A program made the translations under genes and the position numbers. Of a DNA stretch of 64,000 nt, positions 19,056 to 28,577 are shown piece by piece. Source of the DNA: Christensenella sp. UBA1750 (lineage in GTDB: Bacteria; Bacillota; Clostridia; Christensenellales; UBA1750); assembly GCA_002315655.1 (NCBI GenBank), contig DCHO01000065.1, positions 3,161-67,160 on the forward strand. Reading direction: 5' to 3'. The first letter of the stretch is position 1. Every line of letters starts with the position of its first letter. The notes under the pieces were generated by a model. The model was not told the origin of the DNA, made no database searches, and saw only the letters and a program-made list of their open reading frames with translations.

Positions 19056-19200
19056 ACGGCATTTTCATCCAACTATCCGCATCTGACCGGGAGCAAAAAC
19101 TCCCGGTTTTTTCAATCTTGTAACACATAAAGGAGATAAATTGACCCTCCCTCATTTCTGTGCTATACTGCAAGCAAGTAAACTGAAAGGTCGTATGCCT

Positions 19201-20490
19201 ATGCTATATACACGAAACAAACCGCATAAAAGAAAGCCGAATTGGAAGAATATACTGCTCACCTGCTTGTGTCTCGTCGTGGTAATTGTCGGCGCCGGGC
19301 TGCTTATCTCTGCAAATTCCAAGAGCGAGAAAATTCCGCCCGCGCCCACGCCGGGCATTGATGAGACCCCTGTTCCGACAGCAACGCCCGAGCCCACGCA
19401 GCCCCCCACCGCGACGCCTGCTCCAACGGATGAAGCCACACAGCAGCCCACAGAGGCACCCACGCCGGAGCCCACGCCCCGCGGCAGCGGCGTGCAAAGC
19501 GTCACCTTCGGCGCGGTCGGCGACATTGTGATGCACGGGCAGGTGCTGCAGGCGGCAAAGAGCGGCAATTCTTATGATTTCACCAAGTTCTTTGACCGCA
19601 TCGTGCCGTACATCTCCTGGCAGGACTTTACCATCGCCAACCTGGAATGTTCCATCGCCGAAAAAGGCTTTGATGAGGATAAGGCTCCCGAAGCGCTGCT
19701 TTCCGCCATGAAAGAAGCGGGCATTGACGTTGTGGCACTCTCCAATGAGATAAATGCCACTTCCGGCGCAGAAGCCTTTGCCTACACGACCTCCGCTGTG
19801 GAAAACAACGGGCTGCTCCCCGTCGGCACGGAAAATGTTCGCATCCTCACCAAGGATGCCATGCGCATCGCAGTGCTCAATTATGTGGAGGATCCCGGCA
19901 CCGAGGAATCCGCTACCCACGTTCTTACCGAGGACAACATCGCCGCCGACATTTCCTATGTCATGGACAACGATGTGGACTTTGTGATCGCCTACATCCA
20001 TTGGGGCGACAGCGGCAAAGCCGAAGTAACCGAAACCCAGAAGCAGTGGGCGTCCTACCTGGCCGAGTCCGGTGTGGATGTGATCTTGGGCAGCCACGCT
20101 CATGTAGTGCAGTCCATGGAAATGCTGGAAGGCGCGTCCGGCCACAAGACCTTGGTGGTCTACGGCCTGGGCAACTTTGAATCCCCCTACCGCAACAACG
20201 GCGCGGATGCCGGCGTGATTCTGAACTTCACCTTAACCAAAGACTTTGACAACGGCACCCTGTCCATTTCCGATGTCACCTACGCTCCCACCTTCACCCT
20301 CAAATATTCCTCCGTCGGCAAGTATTCCATCGAGATCATGTCCGCCGTGGAATACAGCGACAAGAAATACCAGAACATGAGCTTAGATGACCGCGCCCGC
20401 GTGGCCGCCATCCCTGCCGAGATTCAGGCGACCTTGGGCACCGAGATCGGCACCATGGAGACCGAAATCCGCAAACTTCCGACAGAGTAA
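19201..20490 (+). CDS. membrane-anchored CapA/PGA_cap-family metallophosphoesterase-like protein with a Pro/Thr-rich linker
   Basis: N-terminal TM helix (ILLTCLCLVVVIVGAGLLI), PT-rich linker, then FGAVGDIVMHG...ANLE...YIHWG...GSHAHV, typical of the CapA family. Confidence 0.75.
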   Translation: MLYTRNKPHKRKPNWKNILLTCLCLVVVIVGAGLLISANSKSEKIPPAPTPGIDETPVPTATPEPTQPPTATPAPTDEATQQPTEAPTPEPTPRGSGVQSVTFGAVGDIVMHGQVLQAAKSGNSYDFTKFFDRIVPYISWQDFTIANLECSIAEKGFDEDKAPEALLSAMKEAGIDVVALSNEINATSGAEAFAYTTSAVENNGLLPVGTENVRILTKDAMRIAVLNYVEDPGTEESATHVLTEDNIAADISYVMDNDVDFVIAYIHWGDSGKAEVTETQKQWASYLAESGVDVILGSHAHVVQSMEMLEGASGHKTLVVYGLGNFESPYRNNGADAGVILNFTLTKDFDNGTLSISDVTYAPTFTLKYSSVGKYSIEIMSAVEYSDKKYQNMSLDDRARVAAIPAEIQATLGTEIGTMETEIRKLPTE

Positions 20491-20495
20491 AATTC

Positions 20496-20540
20496 ATCCT
20501 CCCGTTTCCGTAAGGATGCGGGAGGATGCTTTCTGTTTTA
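20496..20540. terminator. intrinsic terminator between convergent genes
   Basis: Stem CATCCTCCCG (20496-20505) / CGGGAGGATG (20520-20529), followed by CTTTCTGTTTT. Confidence 0.65.
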
Positions 20541-21236
20541 TTACATCATCAACATCTTTTCCAGATCGGTGACGTGCCCGTGGTCGTTGAAGCGGTTGAG
20601 CTCCGGCAACACAAATTCGCCTTCTTTTCCCTTGAAGCAGAACTCGGTGATGCCCGTGAAGGTGTATTCCGAGGCCGCAAAGAGGTAAAACAGCGGCACG
20701 TTCATTAGGTGGGAGAACAGGCAGGTGCCCGAACCGTGGTGTGCAAAGAGCGCAACGTTGTCTTCATTTTCGCGGATGCAGCGATAGCCGATGCCCTCGC
20801 GCCGGTACCCGAGGCTTTCCATCCAATTATCGGATTCCGCAACAATGCGCTCATAGCAGCCTTTCAGCGTGCTGTTCGTCCAGGAGGGCAGATTTTCCTG
20901 GTCTATGTGAAGCAGGTCAATGCCTTCTTTGGTCATGGCGCGGCTCACCAGCCACGGGTGATAGATTTGCGGATTTTCCTTGGATTCCGACGTTTCCTCC
21001 ACAGGCTTCCATGAAACCTCGTGCATGAAATCAAGAATCGTCACCGGCATCCCTAACTTTTCTGCCGTGGGCGCAGCCGTCTCCTTCGCTCTGCCGTAGG
21101 AGGAGGAGAAAATTTGCTTTATGTCTTCCTCTGCGACCAGTCGCTTGGAGACCGCCTCTGCTTGCACCCTACCCTTTTCCGTCAAGCAGTCGTTCGCATA
21201 GTCCGGGTGCCCATGGCGCACAAACAACAGTTTCAT
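20541..21236 (-). CDS. histidine phosphatase family protein (phosphoglycerate-mutase-like)
   Basis: N-terminal LLFVRHGHPDY (RHG catalytic motif) and a later HHGSG. Confidence 0.75.
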   Translation of the reverse strand: MKLLFVRHGHPDYANDCLTEKGRVQAEAVSKRLVAEEDIKQIFSSSYGRAKETAAPTAEKLGMPVTILDFMHEVSWKPVEETSESKENPQIYHPWLVSRAMTKEGIDLLHIDQENLPSWTNSTLKGCYERIVAESDNWMESLGYRREGIGYRCIRENEDNVALFAHHGSGTCLFSHLMNVPLFYLFAASEYTFTGITEFCFKGKEGEFVLPELNRFNDHGHVTDLEKMLMM

Positions 21237-21322
21237 AAGCCAACCTCATTTCTATATTTGTATCTCCATTTTACCGAATTTTGCTGTGAAAAACAAGTGA
21301 TTTTGACCGAATCGGAGGATTT

Positions 21323-22162
21323 ATGCCGCATATCATTGAAATACACGACCTTAAAGACGCCCGCCTTGACCCTTATGTGCGGCTCACCGAAAGCCAGCTG
21401 CGCAATAAGCAGTCGAAGGACAAGGGCATTTTCATCGCGGAGAGCATGAAGGTCATTTCCCACGCGCTGGAAAACCATAGTAAGCCCCTCTCCTTCCTCA
21501 TGGAAGACCGCCAGTACCGCAATCTGCCGGAGGGCTTTCTCGATACCTTACCCGACATTCCCGTTTTCGTGGGAAAGCGCGAGCTGCTGTCCTCCCTCAC
21601 CGGCTACGCCTTAACCCGGGGGATTCTCTGCGCCATGGAGCGTCCGGAACCCAACGACCCCGCTGCCATTCTTGCCACCGCCAAGCGGGTCGCGGTGCTG
21701 GAAGGCATCATCGACCCCACCAACGTGGGCGCGATTCTGCGCTCCGCCGCAGCCCTTGGCATGGACGCGGTGCTGCTCTCCCCCACCTGCTGCGACCCGC
21801 TGCACCGCCGCGCCGTGCGGGTCAGCATGGGCACGGTGTTTCAGGTGCCTTGGGCATATCTCTCGGAGGATTCCCACCTGTGGCCGCAGAACGGCTTATC
21901 CCTTTTGAAACAGCATGGCTTCTCCACCGCCGCCCTTGCCCTGACGAGCGATTCCATCTCCCTATCCGACCCAATCCTCAAATCCGAAGAGAAGCTCGCC
22001 CTGTTCCTCGGCACAGAAGGGGACGGACTGCTTCCCGAAACCATCTCCGGCTGTGACCACACCGTTCTCATCCCCATGACCCACGGGGTCGATTCCCTCA
22101 ACGTGGCGGCGGCCTCCGCCGTGGCCTTCTGGGAGCTGAACAAAGACAGCCTTGCAAAATAG
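21323..22162 (+). CDS. TrmH/SpoU-family RNA 2'-O-methyltransferase
   Basis: SpoU-type C-terminal motifs (LEGIIDPTNVGAILRSA, LFLGTEGDGL, IPMTHGVDSLNVAAA). GGAGGA RBS. Confidence 0.8.
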   Translation: MPHIIEIHDLKDARLDPYVRLTESQLRNKQSKDKGIFIAESMKVISHALENHSKPLSFLMEDRQYRNLPEGFLDTLPDIPVFVGKRELLSSLTGYALTRGILCAMERPEPNDPAAILATAKRVAVLEGIIDPTNVGAILRSAAALGMDAVLLSPTCCDPLHRRAVRVSMGTVFQVPWAYLSEDSHLWPQNGLSLLKQHGFSTAALALTSDSISLSDPILKSEEKLALFLGTEGDGLLPETISGCDHTVLIPMTHGVDSLNVAAASAVAFWELNKDSLAK

Positions 22163-22223
22163 CAGGAAAAACGCACCCGCCCGCAGAATTTATCCAACAA
22201 CAATGAATTCGGAGGAATTTCCC

Positions 22224-23258
22224 ATGAATATGCACCCCTACACCACCGTGGCATCCGATCACCTGATGAAACTGCTGAACATCCCCAGCCCCTCAGGCTT
22301 TACCAAGATGGCGGCAAAATACTTAGTGGACACCCTGACCGCCTACGGCTTTGCGCCGGAGATCACCCACAAGGGCAACGTTTCCTGCTGCATCGGCGGG
22401 GAAGGTCATCCCCTCATCGTGGCTGCTCATGTGGACACCCTGGGAGCCATGGTACGCTCCATCAAGCCCAACGGACGGATTCGCTTCACGCTGATCGGCG
22501 GCTACCCCGTAAACAACGTGGAAAACGAGACCTGCGTGGTCTACACCCGCGACGGACGCTCCTACACGGGTACCTTCTACTTAACCACCCCCGCGTCCCA
22601 CGTCTATAAGGACATTCCCGGCATCAAGCGCGACGAGACCAACATCGAGGTCATCTTGGATGAGAACGTATCCACCAAGGCCGAGACCGAAGCACTGGGC
22701 ATCGAGGTGGGCGACTACATCAGCCTCGACCCCCGCGCCGTGCTGACCCCCTCCGGCTACATCAAGAGCCGCCACTTGGACGACAAGGCCTCCTCCTCCG
22801 TGCTGCTGGCGCTTGCGAAAATGGTCTCCGACGGCGGCATCACGCTCTCCCGCAAGGTATATCTGCTCTTTACCGTCTTTGAGGAGATCGGCCACGGCTG
22901 CTCTGCCGGGCTGCCCGAGGATGCCGAGGACATTCTTTCCGTGGACATGGGCTGCGTGGGCGACGATCTGACCTGTGACGAAAAAATGGTCTCCATCTGC
23001 CCCAAGGACAGCCGCGGCCCCTACAATTACGACATCACGTCCCGCCTGATCGCGCTGGCCAAGGAAAACAGCCTCGATTACGCCGTGGACATTTACCCCA
23101 TGTACGGCTCCGACGCGGACGCTTCCCTGTATTCCGGGCACAATTTCCGCCACGCCCTCATTGGCCCCGGCGTGTTCGCCTCCCACGGCTATGAGCGCAC
23201 CCACCTGCTCGGCATCGACAATACCTTAAAATTGCTGGTCGCCTTCGTGACCGACTAA
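22224..23258 (+). CDS. M42-family glutamyl aminopeptidase / endoglucanase-like peptidase
   Basis: AAHVDTLGAMV, SRHLDDKA and FTVFEEIGHG metal-ligand motifs of M42 (FrvX/PepA-like). ATG at 22224 after GGAGGAA. Confidence 0.8.
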   Translation: MNMHPYTTVASDHLMKLLNIPSPSGFTKMAAKYLVDTLTAYGFAPEITHKGNVSCCIGGEGHPLIVAAHVDTLGAMVRSIKPNGRIRFTLIGGYPVNNVENETCVVYTRDGRSYTGTFYLTTPASHVYKDIPGIKRDETNIEVILDENVSTKAETEALGIEVGDYISLDPRAVLTPSGYIKSRHLDDKASSSVLLALAKMVSDGGITLSRKVYLLFTVFEEIGHGCSAGLPEDAEDILSVDMGCVGDDLTCDEKMVSICPKDSRGPYNYDITSRLIALAKENSLDYAVDIYPMYGSDADASLYSGHNFRHALIGPGVFASHGYERTHLLGIDNTLKLLVAFVTD

Positions 23259-23274
23259 AAACCCGAGTGAAAGA

Positions 23275-23321
23275 AATCCCCCTGCAAAAACCATCATCAG
23301 GTTCTTGCAGGGGATTTTTCT
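23275..23321. terminator. intrinsic terminator between convergent genes
   Basis: Stem AAATCCCCTGCAA / TTGCAGGGGATTT (one bulged C), followed by TTTTT. Confidence 0.65.
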
Positions 23322-23322
23322 G

Positions 23323-24507
23323 TTACTTAAACTCTTTAAGGATATATTCCTTCACCTTTTCCAGCTTGCTTTCCTTCCATGCGCCGGATTCCGCTTCCTT
23401 TGCAATGGGATTTAAGCGCACAAAATCCATCATTTCATCCGGAAGACGGACGCTTTCCTCATGCTCGGCGAGCGCGAACCACTTTTCCCAATCCGCATCG
23501 GTGTAATTTTTGTAGGTTTCGGGGTTTAGGTAAGTCACGCGCTTTTTTTCCGCCTCAAAGAACGCCGCCACGGACAGCGGCAGCAGCTTTTCGTATTCCT
23601 CGGGACACACATCGGCAAAAATCGCGGGCACTTCACCCTCTACGATGTGTTCCTCCCCGCGCAGGAGCTTCAAGCCGAAGGGCTCAAAGGTGAAGCCGTC
23701 TTCGGACAGGTTCAGTTTCAGCAGCAGCCCGGTGTCGGTGTTGTTCTGCGCCCGCTGATAGTCCGTGTCAAAGAGGAAGTTGCCCAACGAATAGAAGATG
23801 ATCTTCTCCCCGACCGTTTCGTAGTTCATGGGCACATGGGGATGATGGCTAACCACAATGTCCGCGCCGAGCTCCAGATATTTATAGTAGAAATCCCTTG
23901 TGTACGGGTTGGGCAGGCAGGTAAATTCCTCGCCGCCGTGGGCAATGACGATGCACCAGCGGCACTTTTCCTTGACCTCTTGGATGGCTTTTCCGATGCG
24001 CTCAAACCGGTTCCACGGGAAGCAGCCGGGCTTGCCTTCCCCCGCTTCCTCGCACTCCGGGCGGAAGCCAACGCCCACAAGCCCGATGCCGCCCGCCTCG
24101 GGAAGAATCACAGGCTGTGCGGATTCTTCCAGATCATGCCCCACGCCAAGGGTTTTTGCGCCCATTTCCTTTGCGTAAGCCAGCGTGGAATCCAGCCCCT
24201 CTGTGCCCATGTCCATAATGTGATTGTTATTGAGATGCCATATATCTGCGTGAATGTCCTGCAACACGCATCTGCCATCCGGGTCCATGGCATGAAAGAA
24301 CACGCCCTTCCCGCCGGGGTCGGCGTTGCCGCTGACGCGGAACATCGCGCCCTCCACGTTGGCAATGACGTGATCGCCGGAAGCGAAAAAGTCCAGCACG
24401 TCACGGGAGAGCAGATTCTTGTCCGTCCATTTGCCGCTCATGTAGCGGTCAAACCCAATATCGCCGGTAAACACCAGACTGGTCGTTTTCTTCATAAAAT
24501 CCCTCAT
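23323..24507 (-). CDS. cytoplasmic CapA/PGA_cap-family metallophosphoesterase-like protein
   Basis: FTGDIGFDRY, IANVEG, NNNHIMDMG, VIAHGGEEF and VSHHPHV motifs. No signal peptide. Alternative start at the ATG at 24495 (MKKTTS, GAGGGA RBS). Confidence 0.75.
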   Translation of the reverse strand: MRDFMKKTTSLVFTGDIGFDRYMSGKWTDKNLLSRDVLDFFASGDHVIANVEGAMFRVSGNADPGGKGVFFHAMDPDGRCVLQDIHADIWHLNNNHIMDMGTEGLDSTLAYAKEMGAKTLGVGHDLEESAQPVILPEAGGIGLVGVGFRPECEEAGEGKPGCFPWNRFERIGKAIQEVKEKCRWCIVIAHGGEEFTCLPNPYTRDFYYKYLELGADIVVSHHPHVPMNYETVGEKIIFYSLGNFLFDTDYQRAQNNTDTGLLLKLNLSEDGFTFEPFGLKLLRGEEHIVEGEVPAIFADVCPEEYEKLLPLSVAAFFEAEKKRVTYLNPETYKNYTDADWEKWFALAEHEESVRLPDEMMDFVRLNPIAKEAESGAWKESKLEKVKEYILKEFK

Positions 24508-24513
24508 ATTTCG

Positions 24514-25268
24514 TTATTTCTTTCGCGCCACGATCAAGAAGCGGTGGATGGTTCCCACGATTTCGCCCTTTTCCTCAATGGTTTTCTGCATTTCCGTCAG
24601 TCTGTCTTTGCACTTTTCCACGCAGAAGTCCGGGAACTCCCACTCGATGATGTGCGCGAACCACACAAACGCGCCCACATCAAAAAAGCGAATGGGGCGG
24701 TAAGCCTTCTCTGCCCGCAGAATTTCAAAGCCCGCCTCTTTCAGCTTTTCCACCCTTTCTTCCAGCATATTGTGGGGAAAGGCGATGGGCGTGCCGGACA
24801 GCACCAGTTCCGTCAAATCATGGTCGTTGTCCCCGCCTACCTGCTCGGTGATAAACATCCCGCCGGAATTCAATACCCTTGCAAATTCCTTCTCGTCCAT
24901 GTCGCCGTGGCGGTTGAGGAACAGGTCAAAGGAACCGTCCGCAAAGGGCAGAGGTTCGGGGTAGGCGCAGGGCTTAAAGTCGATACCCAGCGGCAGCAGC
25001 ATCTCTTTGCACAGCTCCACATTGGGCGGATAGCCTTCCGTTGCAGCGGTGTTTTTGTGCGGATGCTGCAGCGACAGCAGAAATTCGCCCCCGCCGGTGT
25101 CGTAGTCGCAGATTTTCATTTCATCCGTGAGGTTCTCCCGCACAATGGCTTCATAATCCCAGGCAGATCGTTTTCTTCATCAAATCGCCCGTGGATGTGG
25201 GAGAAATCCCACCCGTGAATGTGGGCGATTTCTTCCTCCCGCTTCCACTGTTCCAACAAGGTTTCCAT
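24514..25268 (-). pseudogene. class I SAM-dependent methyltransferase interrupted by a 1-nt frameshift
   Basis: N-terminal piece (ATG 25268, METLLEQWKREEEIAHIHGWDFSHIHGRFDEENDLP...) and C-terminal piece (WDYEAIVRENLTDEMKICDYDTGGGEFLL..., motif I) lie in frames offset by one base. The junction is between 25162 and 25161 (CTGCC|TGGGAT). Confidence 0.75.
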
Positions 25269-25278
25269 CAGTTTTCTT

Positions 25279-26136
25279 CTATTCGCACAGTGCGGCGTAC
25301 TTTCTTGCCGTCTGTGCCATCTCTTTCAACCCCAATTCCGGGTCGTCCCGGCGGTTGTTGAGAATATACATATCCGATTCCAGCGTGAAGAAGCCCTTGT
25401 AGCCCACTTCTTTGAGCGCGGCGCACACGGCGGGGAAGTCGATGCCCATGGTTCCGGGCAGCTCGTGGCTGTCGTGCCAGCAGTCGTTGTCATGGACATG
25501 GAGTGCTTGCAGGTGCTTGCCCAGTGCGCGGATCAGCGCGGGCGAGGACGTGTCCAAGCCCTTCATTTCGCCGTGCCCGATGTCAAGGCACGCCACAAAA
25601 GAGGGGTCATTGACCTTTTCCAAATGCTCTATGAAGCTCTTTTCATCCGAGCACGCGGCAGGGGTGGCGTGGTTTTCCGCCGTGTCCCAGTCGTACATAT
25701 TTTCCGTGGCGATCTTCACCCCGCAGGCTTTCGCAAAGGGCAGCAGATTCCAATACATCTCCGCATTTTCCTGCACGCTGGCGTCGTTCATGGGGTGGAT
25801 GATGCAGATGCTTCCGCCCGCCTCCGCGGTGCACTCGATGGCGCGTTTCAGATAGCCCGCGATCTCCGGCACATAGCTCGGGAAGGGCGCATGGGATTGG
25901 TTGCAGAAAATACCGTTGTCGTTTGCAATCTGTTTTAGTTTGCGGGAAAACGCAAGATACTCATTCCCGCGCAGGGGCGTGTCAATCTCCTTTACGCATT
26001 TTTTCTGATAATCGTATCTGGCCATATCGAACAGGGAAAAGTCAAAGGCGTCAAAGCCCGCTTTCGCCACAGCTTCCACAGCCTTTTCCATGCCAATATA
26101 TCTGGCAGCAGACTGAATTTCAGTCGAAATCTTCAT
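25279..26136 (-). CDS. sugar phosphate isomerase/epimerase (xylose-isomerase-like TIM barrel)
   Basis: AP_endonuc_2-like motifs (ICIIHP, KIATENM, CLDIGHG, LHVHDN, FTLE). ATG at 26136 with GGAAGGAGAA RBS. Confidence 0.75.
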   Translation of the reverse strand: MKISTEIQSAARYIGMEKAVEAVAKAGFDAFDFSLFDMARYDYQKKCVKEIDTPLRGNEYLAFSRKLKQIANDNGIFCNQSHAPFPSYVPEIAGYLKRAIECTAEAGGSICIIHPMNDASVQENAEMYWNLLPFAKACGVKIATENMYDWDTAENHATPAACSDEKSFIEHLEKVNDPSFVACLDIGHGEMKGLDTSSPALIRALGKHLQALHVHDNDCWHDSHELPGTMGIDFPAVCAALKEVGYKGFFTLESDMYILNNRRDDPELGLKEMAQTARKYAALCE

Positions 26137-26216
26137 AACACTTTCTCCTTCCGTCGGATTCACTCCGAACCTGTAATCCCTTTCATCATACCATCGAACC
26201 GCCCGTTTTTCAACAT

Positions 26217-26252
26217 AAAAAATCCACCCCGGCGAAAACCGAGGCGGATTTT
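26217..26252 (-). terminator. probable intrinsic terminator after the lipoprotein gene
   Basis: Imperfect stem AAAATCCACC / GGCGGATTTT (one mismatch). On the minus strand it is followed by TTTTTTATG. Confidence 0.4.
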
Positions 26253-26265
26253 GAAACCGATTTGC

Positions 26266-27009
26266 TTACTTCACGGTGACGGAAGTAACGTGGGGCTGAG
26301 AACCTTCGTACCAGTAGAGGAAGCCTTCGACATCCACGGTCTGACCGACCTGCAGCGACTCGACAGCCTTGTAAACGTCGGTGGAAGAATCGCAGAGGTA
26401 GGACTCCACGGAGAAGGTGTAGGTGTTGCCATTGATGGAAGCGTTGAAGTACAGGTCATCACCCTGCGCGCCGGAGCCGTCCCAGTTGTAGAGGAAGGCC
26501 GCGCCGTTGTCGTCAGCCGCTTCAACGGTCAGACCCTTGAAGGCAACCTTCATGTTCTGCTTGGCGATGAGGTCATCGGTGCCCAGCAGGGAGGTCACGT
26601 CGACGGGGTCGGCAACGTACTTATCGTTTTCGATCTCGAAGGTCGCATCCACGATCTCGATCTCGCCGGACCACTCAGCCTTGTAGCCCTTCACCTTGAT
26701 CTTGGTACCGGGAACGAGCTTGGCATAGTCTTCTTCGGAGCAGGCCGCGCCGTAGAGGAAGTAGCCGCCCTCGCCGTCCTGGGCGTAAATGGTGGCGGTG
26801 TTGTCCCACCAGGACTGGGCACCCTGTACGAAGGCTTCCACAGTCACCTCGGAATCGATGGGAGCCGCTGCGTACTCGGCGTAAGTCATAACACCTTCGG
26901 ACTTGGCGTTGGGATCGACCTTGGCGGAAGCAGCGCCGCCGCCGGCAGAACAGGCAGACAGTGCAAGCACCAGTGCCAGAGCCAGAACCACAGAAAGAAT
27001 CTTTTTCAT
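26266..27009 (-). CDS. lipoprotein of unknown function with two related beta-rich halves
   Basis: Signal peptide plus lipobox LALSAC. AAGGAGAA RBS before the ATG at 27009. Two halves share the pattern V.VEGF/KGY...E..-type strands. Confidence 0.65.
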   Translation of the reverse strand: MKKILSVVLALALVLALSACSAGGGAASAKVDPNAKSEGVMTYAEYAAAPIDSEVTVEAFVQGAQSWWDNTATIYAQDGEGGYFLYGAACSEEDYAKLVPGTKIKVKGYKAEWSGEIEIVDATFEIENDKYVADPVDVTSLLGTDDLIAKQNMKVAFKGLTVEAADDNGAAFLYNWDGSGAQGDDLYFNASINGNTYTFSVESYLCDSSTDVYKAVESLQVGQTVDVEGFLYWYEGSQPHVTSVTVK

Positions 27010-27110
27010 TTTGTATATTCTCCTTTGCAAACATAATTTGCAGATTACGGGTTCATTATAAAATCAGGATGTTAATTCATGAAATGTTTTGTGTATCGTT
27101 TACGCAATTT

Positions 27111-28577
27111 TTATTTCCCGGTCTCGCCTAATTTCTGATCCAGATGATACAGAGAAGTGATCTCTCCTTTAAGCTGCTCCATGTAAGCGTCGTCCACGGT
27201 CTGCCCGCGTCTGACGGACTTGTGCATATTCTCGATGAGCTGTCCGGCAGCCAAACGCAGGGAAGCGGATCCGTTGTAAACAGGAGTCACGAAGGTGTTG
27301 GCGGTGTTGGCCAGCAGCATCTTCTGCACGTCGATCTTCGCCTGATAATAGGTTTCCGCATCCTCCCCGGCACGGGAGAGGTAATCCGTGAACTGTTCCC
27401 CTTCCTGAGCGGTCTTTGTGACGGGCACATAGCCTTCCGTCATGGCGTAGGCGGTCTGAATGTCCTCGGAGAGCAGGAACTGCGCAAACAGCCACGAGGC
27501 CAGCACCTCCTGCGGGTCAGCCTTGTTGAAAATGCAGACGGAAGGCCCCTGAGAGATCATGGAGGGGTTATTGGGGTCGATCTGCGGCACAGGGCGCGTC
27601 ACCATGGTGAAGTCCACCTTGGCTTCCTCCGCAATGTCGGAAAGAGGCGCATCCGCGCCCATCCAAGTGGCTCCGGCGGTGGAGTCCACGGCGAAAATGC
27701 ACTGACCGGCGTTTAAGAAGTTTCCGGGATAGCCGGAGAACTTGAAGGTGGAGAACGCGCCGGAGCCGGAATGTTCTGCAATTTCCTTCAAAAACGCAGT
27801 TGTGGTGTCGTTAAAGATCTCAATGTCGCCGTTTTCGGTGGAATAGCCCGCACCGGCCTGATGCAGATACTGGATCATCATGTTGTCGGTGGACTTATAG
27901 ATGAAGGGAATGAGCACATTCTGTCCGTTCACGGCGTAAGTGCCGTCGGCATTCTGCTCCATGGCCGCCTCGGAAACCTCCCAGATGAAGTCCCAGGTCA
28001 GCACATCGGGCACGGTGTAGCCCAGCTTTTCTACCATATCCTGATTGATGTAGGTTGCCTCGGTGGAGCGCATGAAGGGCAGGGCGTACTGGGTGCCGGA
28101 GATCACGCCTTCTTCCAAATATTCTTCGATGATGTCTTCCTTCTTGGGGGAAGCGAACGTAACCTCGCTTCCGCCAAGCCCGTACTGCGCGTTGTCCATG
28201 AGGGTTTCCAGCGGCACGACCACGTTTGCACCGGTGATGTAGGTGGCGATGTGGTCAGGATAGGTGATGCAGACGTTGGGCGTGGTCTGGGTGGCGATGT
28301 TGGCGATCACGTCATCGTAGATTTTGGTGTAGTCGGTGTAGGCGCGAATGGTCACATGGATGTTGGGATAGAGCTTGCCGAACTCCTCGATAGCGCGGTT
28401 GTAAACCGCGGTCTGGTTCTTGTTGGTGTCGTTCTTCGCCCAGAAGGTGATCTCGTAGTCCTTGCCGGTGTCAAATTCCTCAGGCATGACAAATTCTGCC
28501 ATTTTCTTCTTTCCGTGGCAGGCGGTCACGGAAAAGAGCAGACAGATCAGCAGCAGAATTGCAAGCAGTTTTTTCAT
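27111..28577 (-). CDS. ABC transporter extracellular solute-binding lipoprotein (carbohydrate type)
   Basis: Signal peptide with lipobox SVTAC, 488 aa, SBP family 1-like. ATGA overlap with the upstream permease gene. Confidence 0.8.
   Translation of the reverse strand: MKKLLAILLLICLLFSVTACHGKKKMAEFVMPEEFDTGKDYEITFWAKNDTNKNQTAVYNRAIEEFGKLYPNIHVTIRAYTDYTKIYDDVIANIATQTTPNVCITYPDHIATYITGANVVVPLETLMDNAQYGLGGSEVTFASPKKEDIIEEYLEEGVISGTQYALPFMRSTEATYINQDMVEKLGYTVPDVLTWDFIWEVSEAAMEQNADGTYAVNGQNVLIPFIYKSTDNMMIQYLHQAGAGYSTENGDIEIFNDTTTAFLKEIAEHSGSGAFSTFKFSGYPGNFLNAGQCIFAVDSTAGATWMGADAPLSDIAEEAKVDFTMVTRPVPQIDPNNPSMISQGPSVCIFNKADPQEVLASWLFAQFLLSEDIQTAYAMTEGYVPVTKTAQEGEQFTDYLSRAGEDAETYYQAKIDVQKMLLANTANTFVTPVYNGSASLRLAAGQLIENMHKSVRRGQTVDDAYMEQLKGEITSLYHLDQKLGETGK

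Noticed and set aside
19152-20145. Minus-strand ORFs of 138 and 313 aa over the CapA-like gene
   Set aside because: They are generated by the Pro/Thr-rich linker and GC-rich coding sequence, and lie antisense to a gene with clear CapA motifs.
25150-25175. Programmed ribosomal frameshift in the methyltransferase
   Set aside because: There is no slippery heptamer or downstream structure at the junction (GATCTGCCTGGGATTAT). A simple 1-nt indel is the more economical explanation.
23647-25218. 523-aa plus-strand ORF
   Set aside because: It lies entirely antisense to the CapA-like and methyltransferase genes. It has shadow-ORF composition and no recognisable domain.
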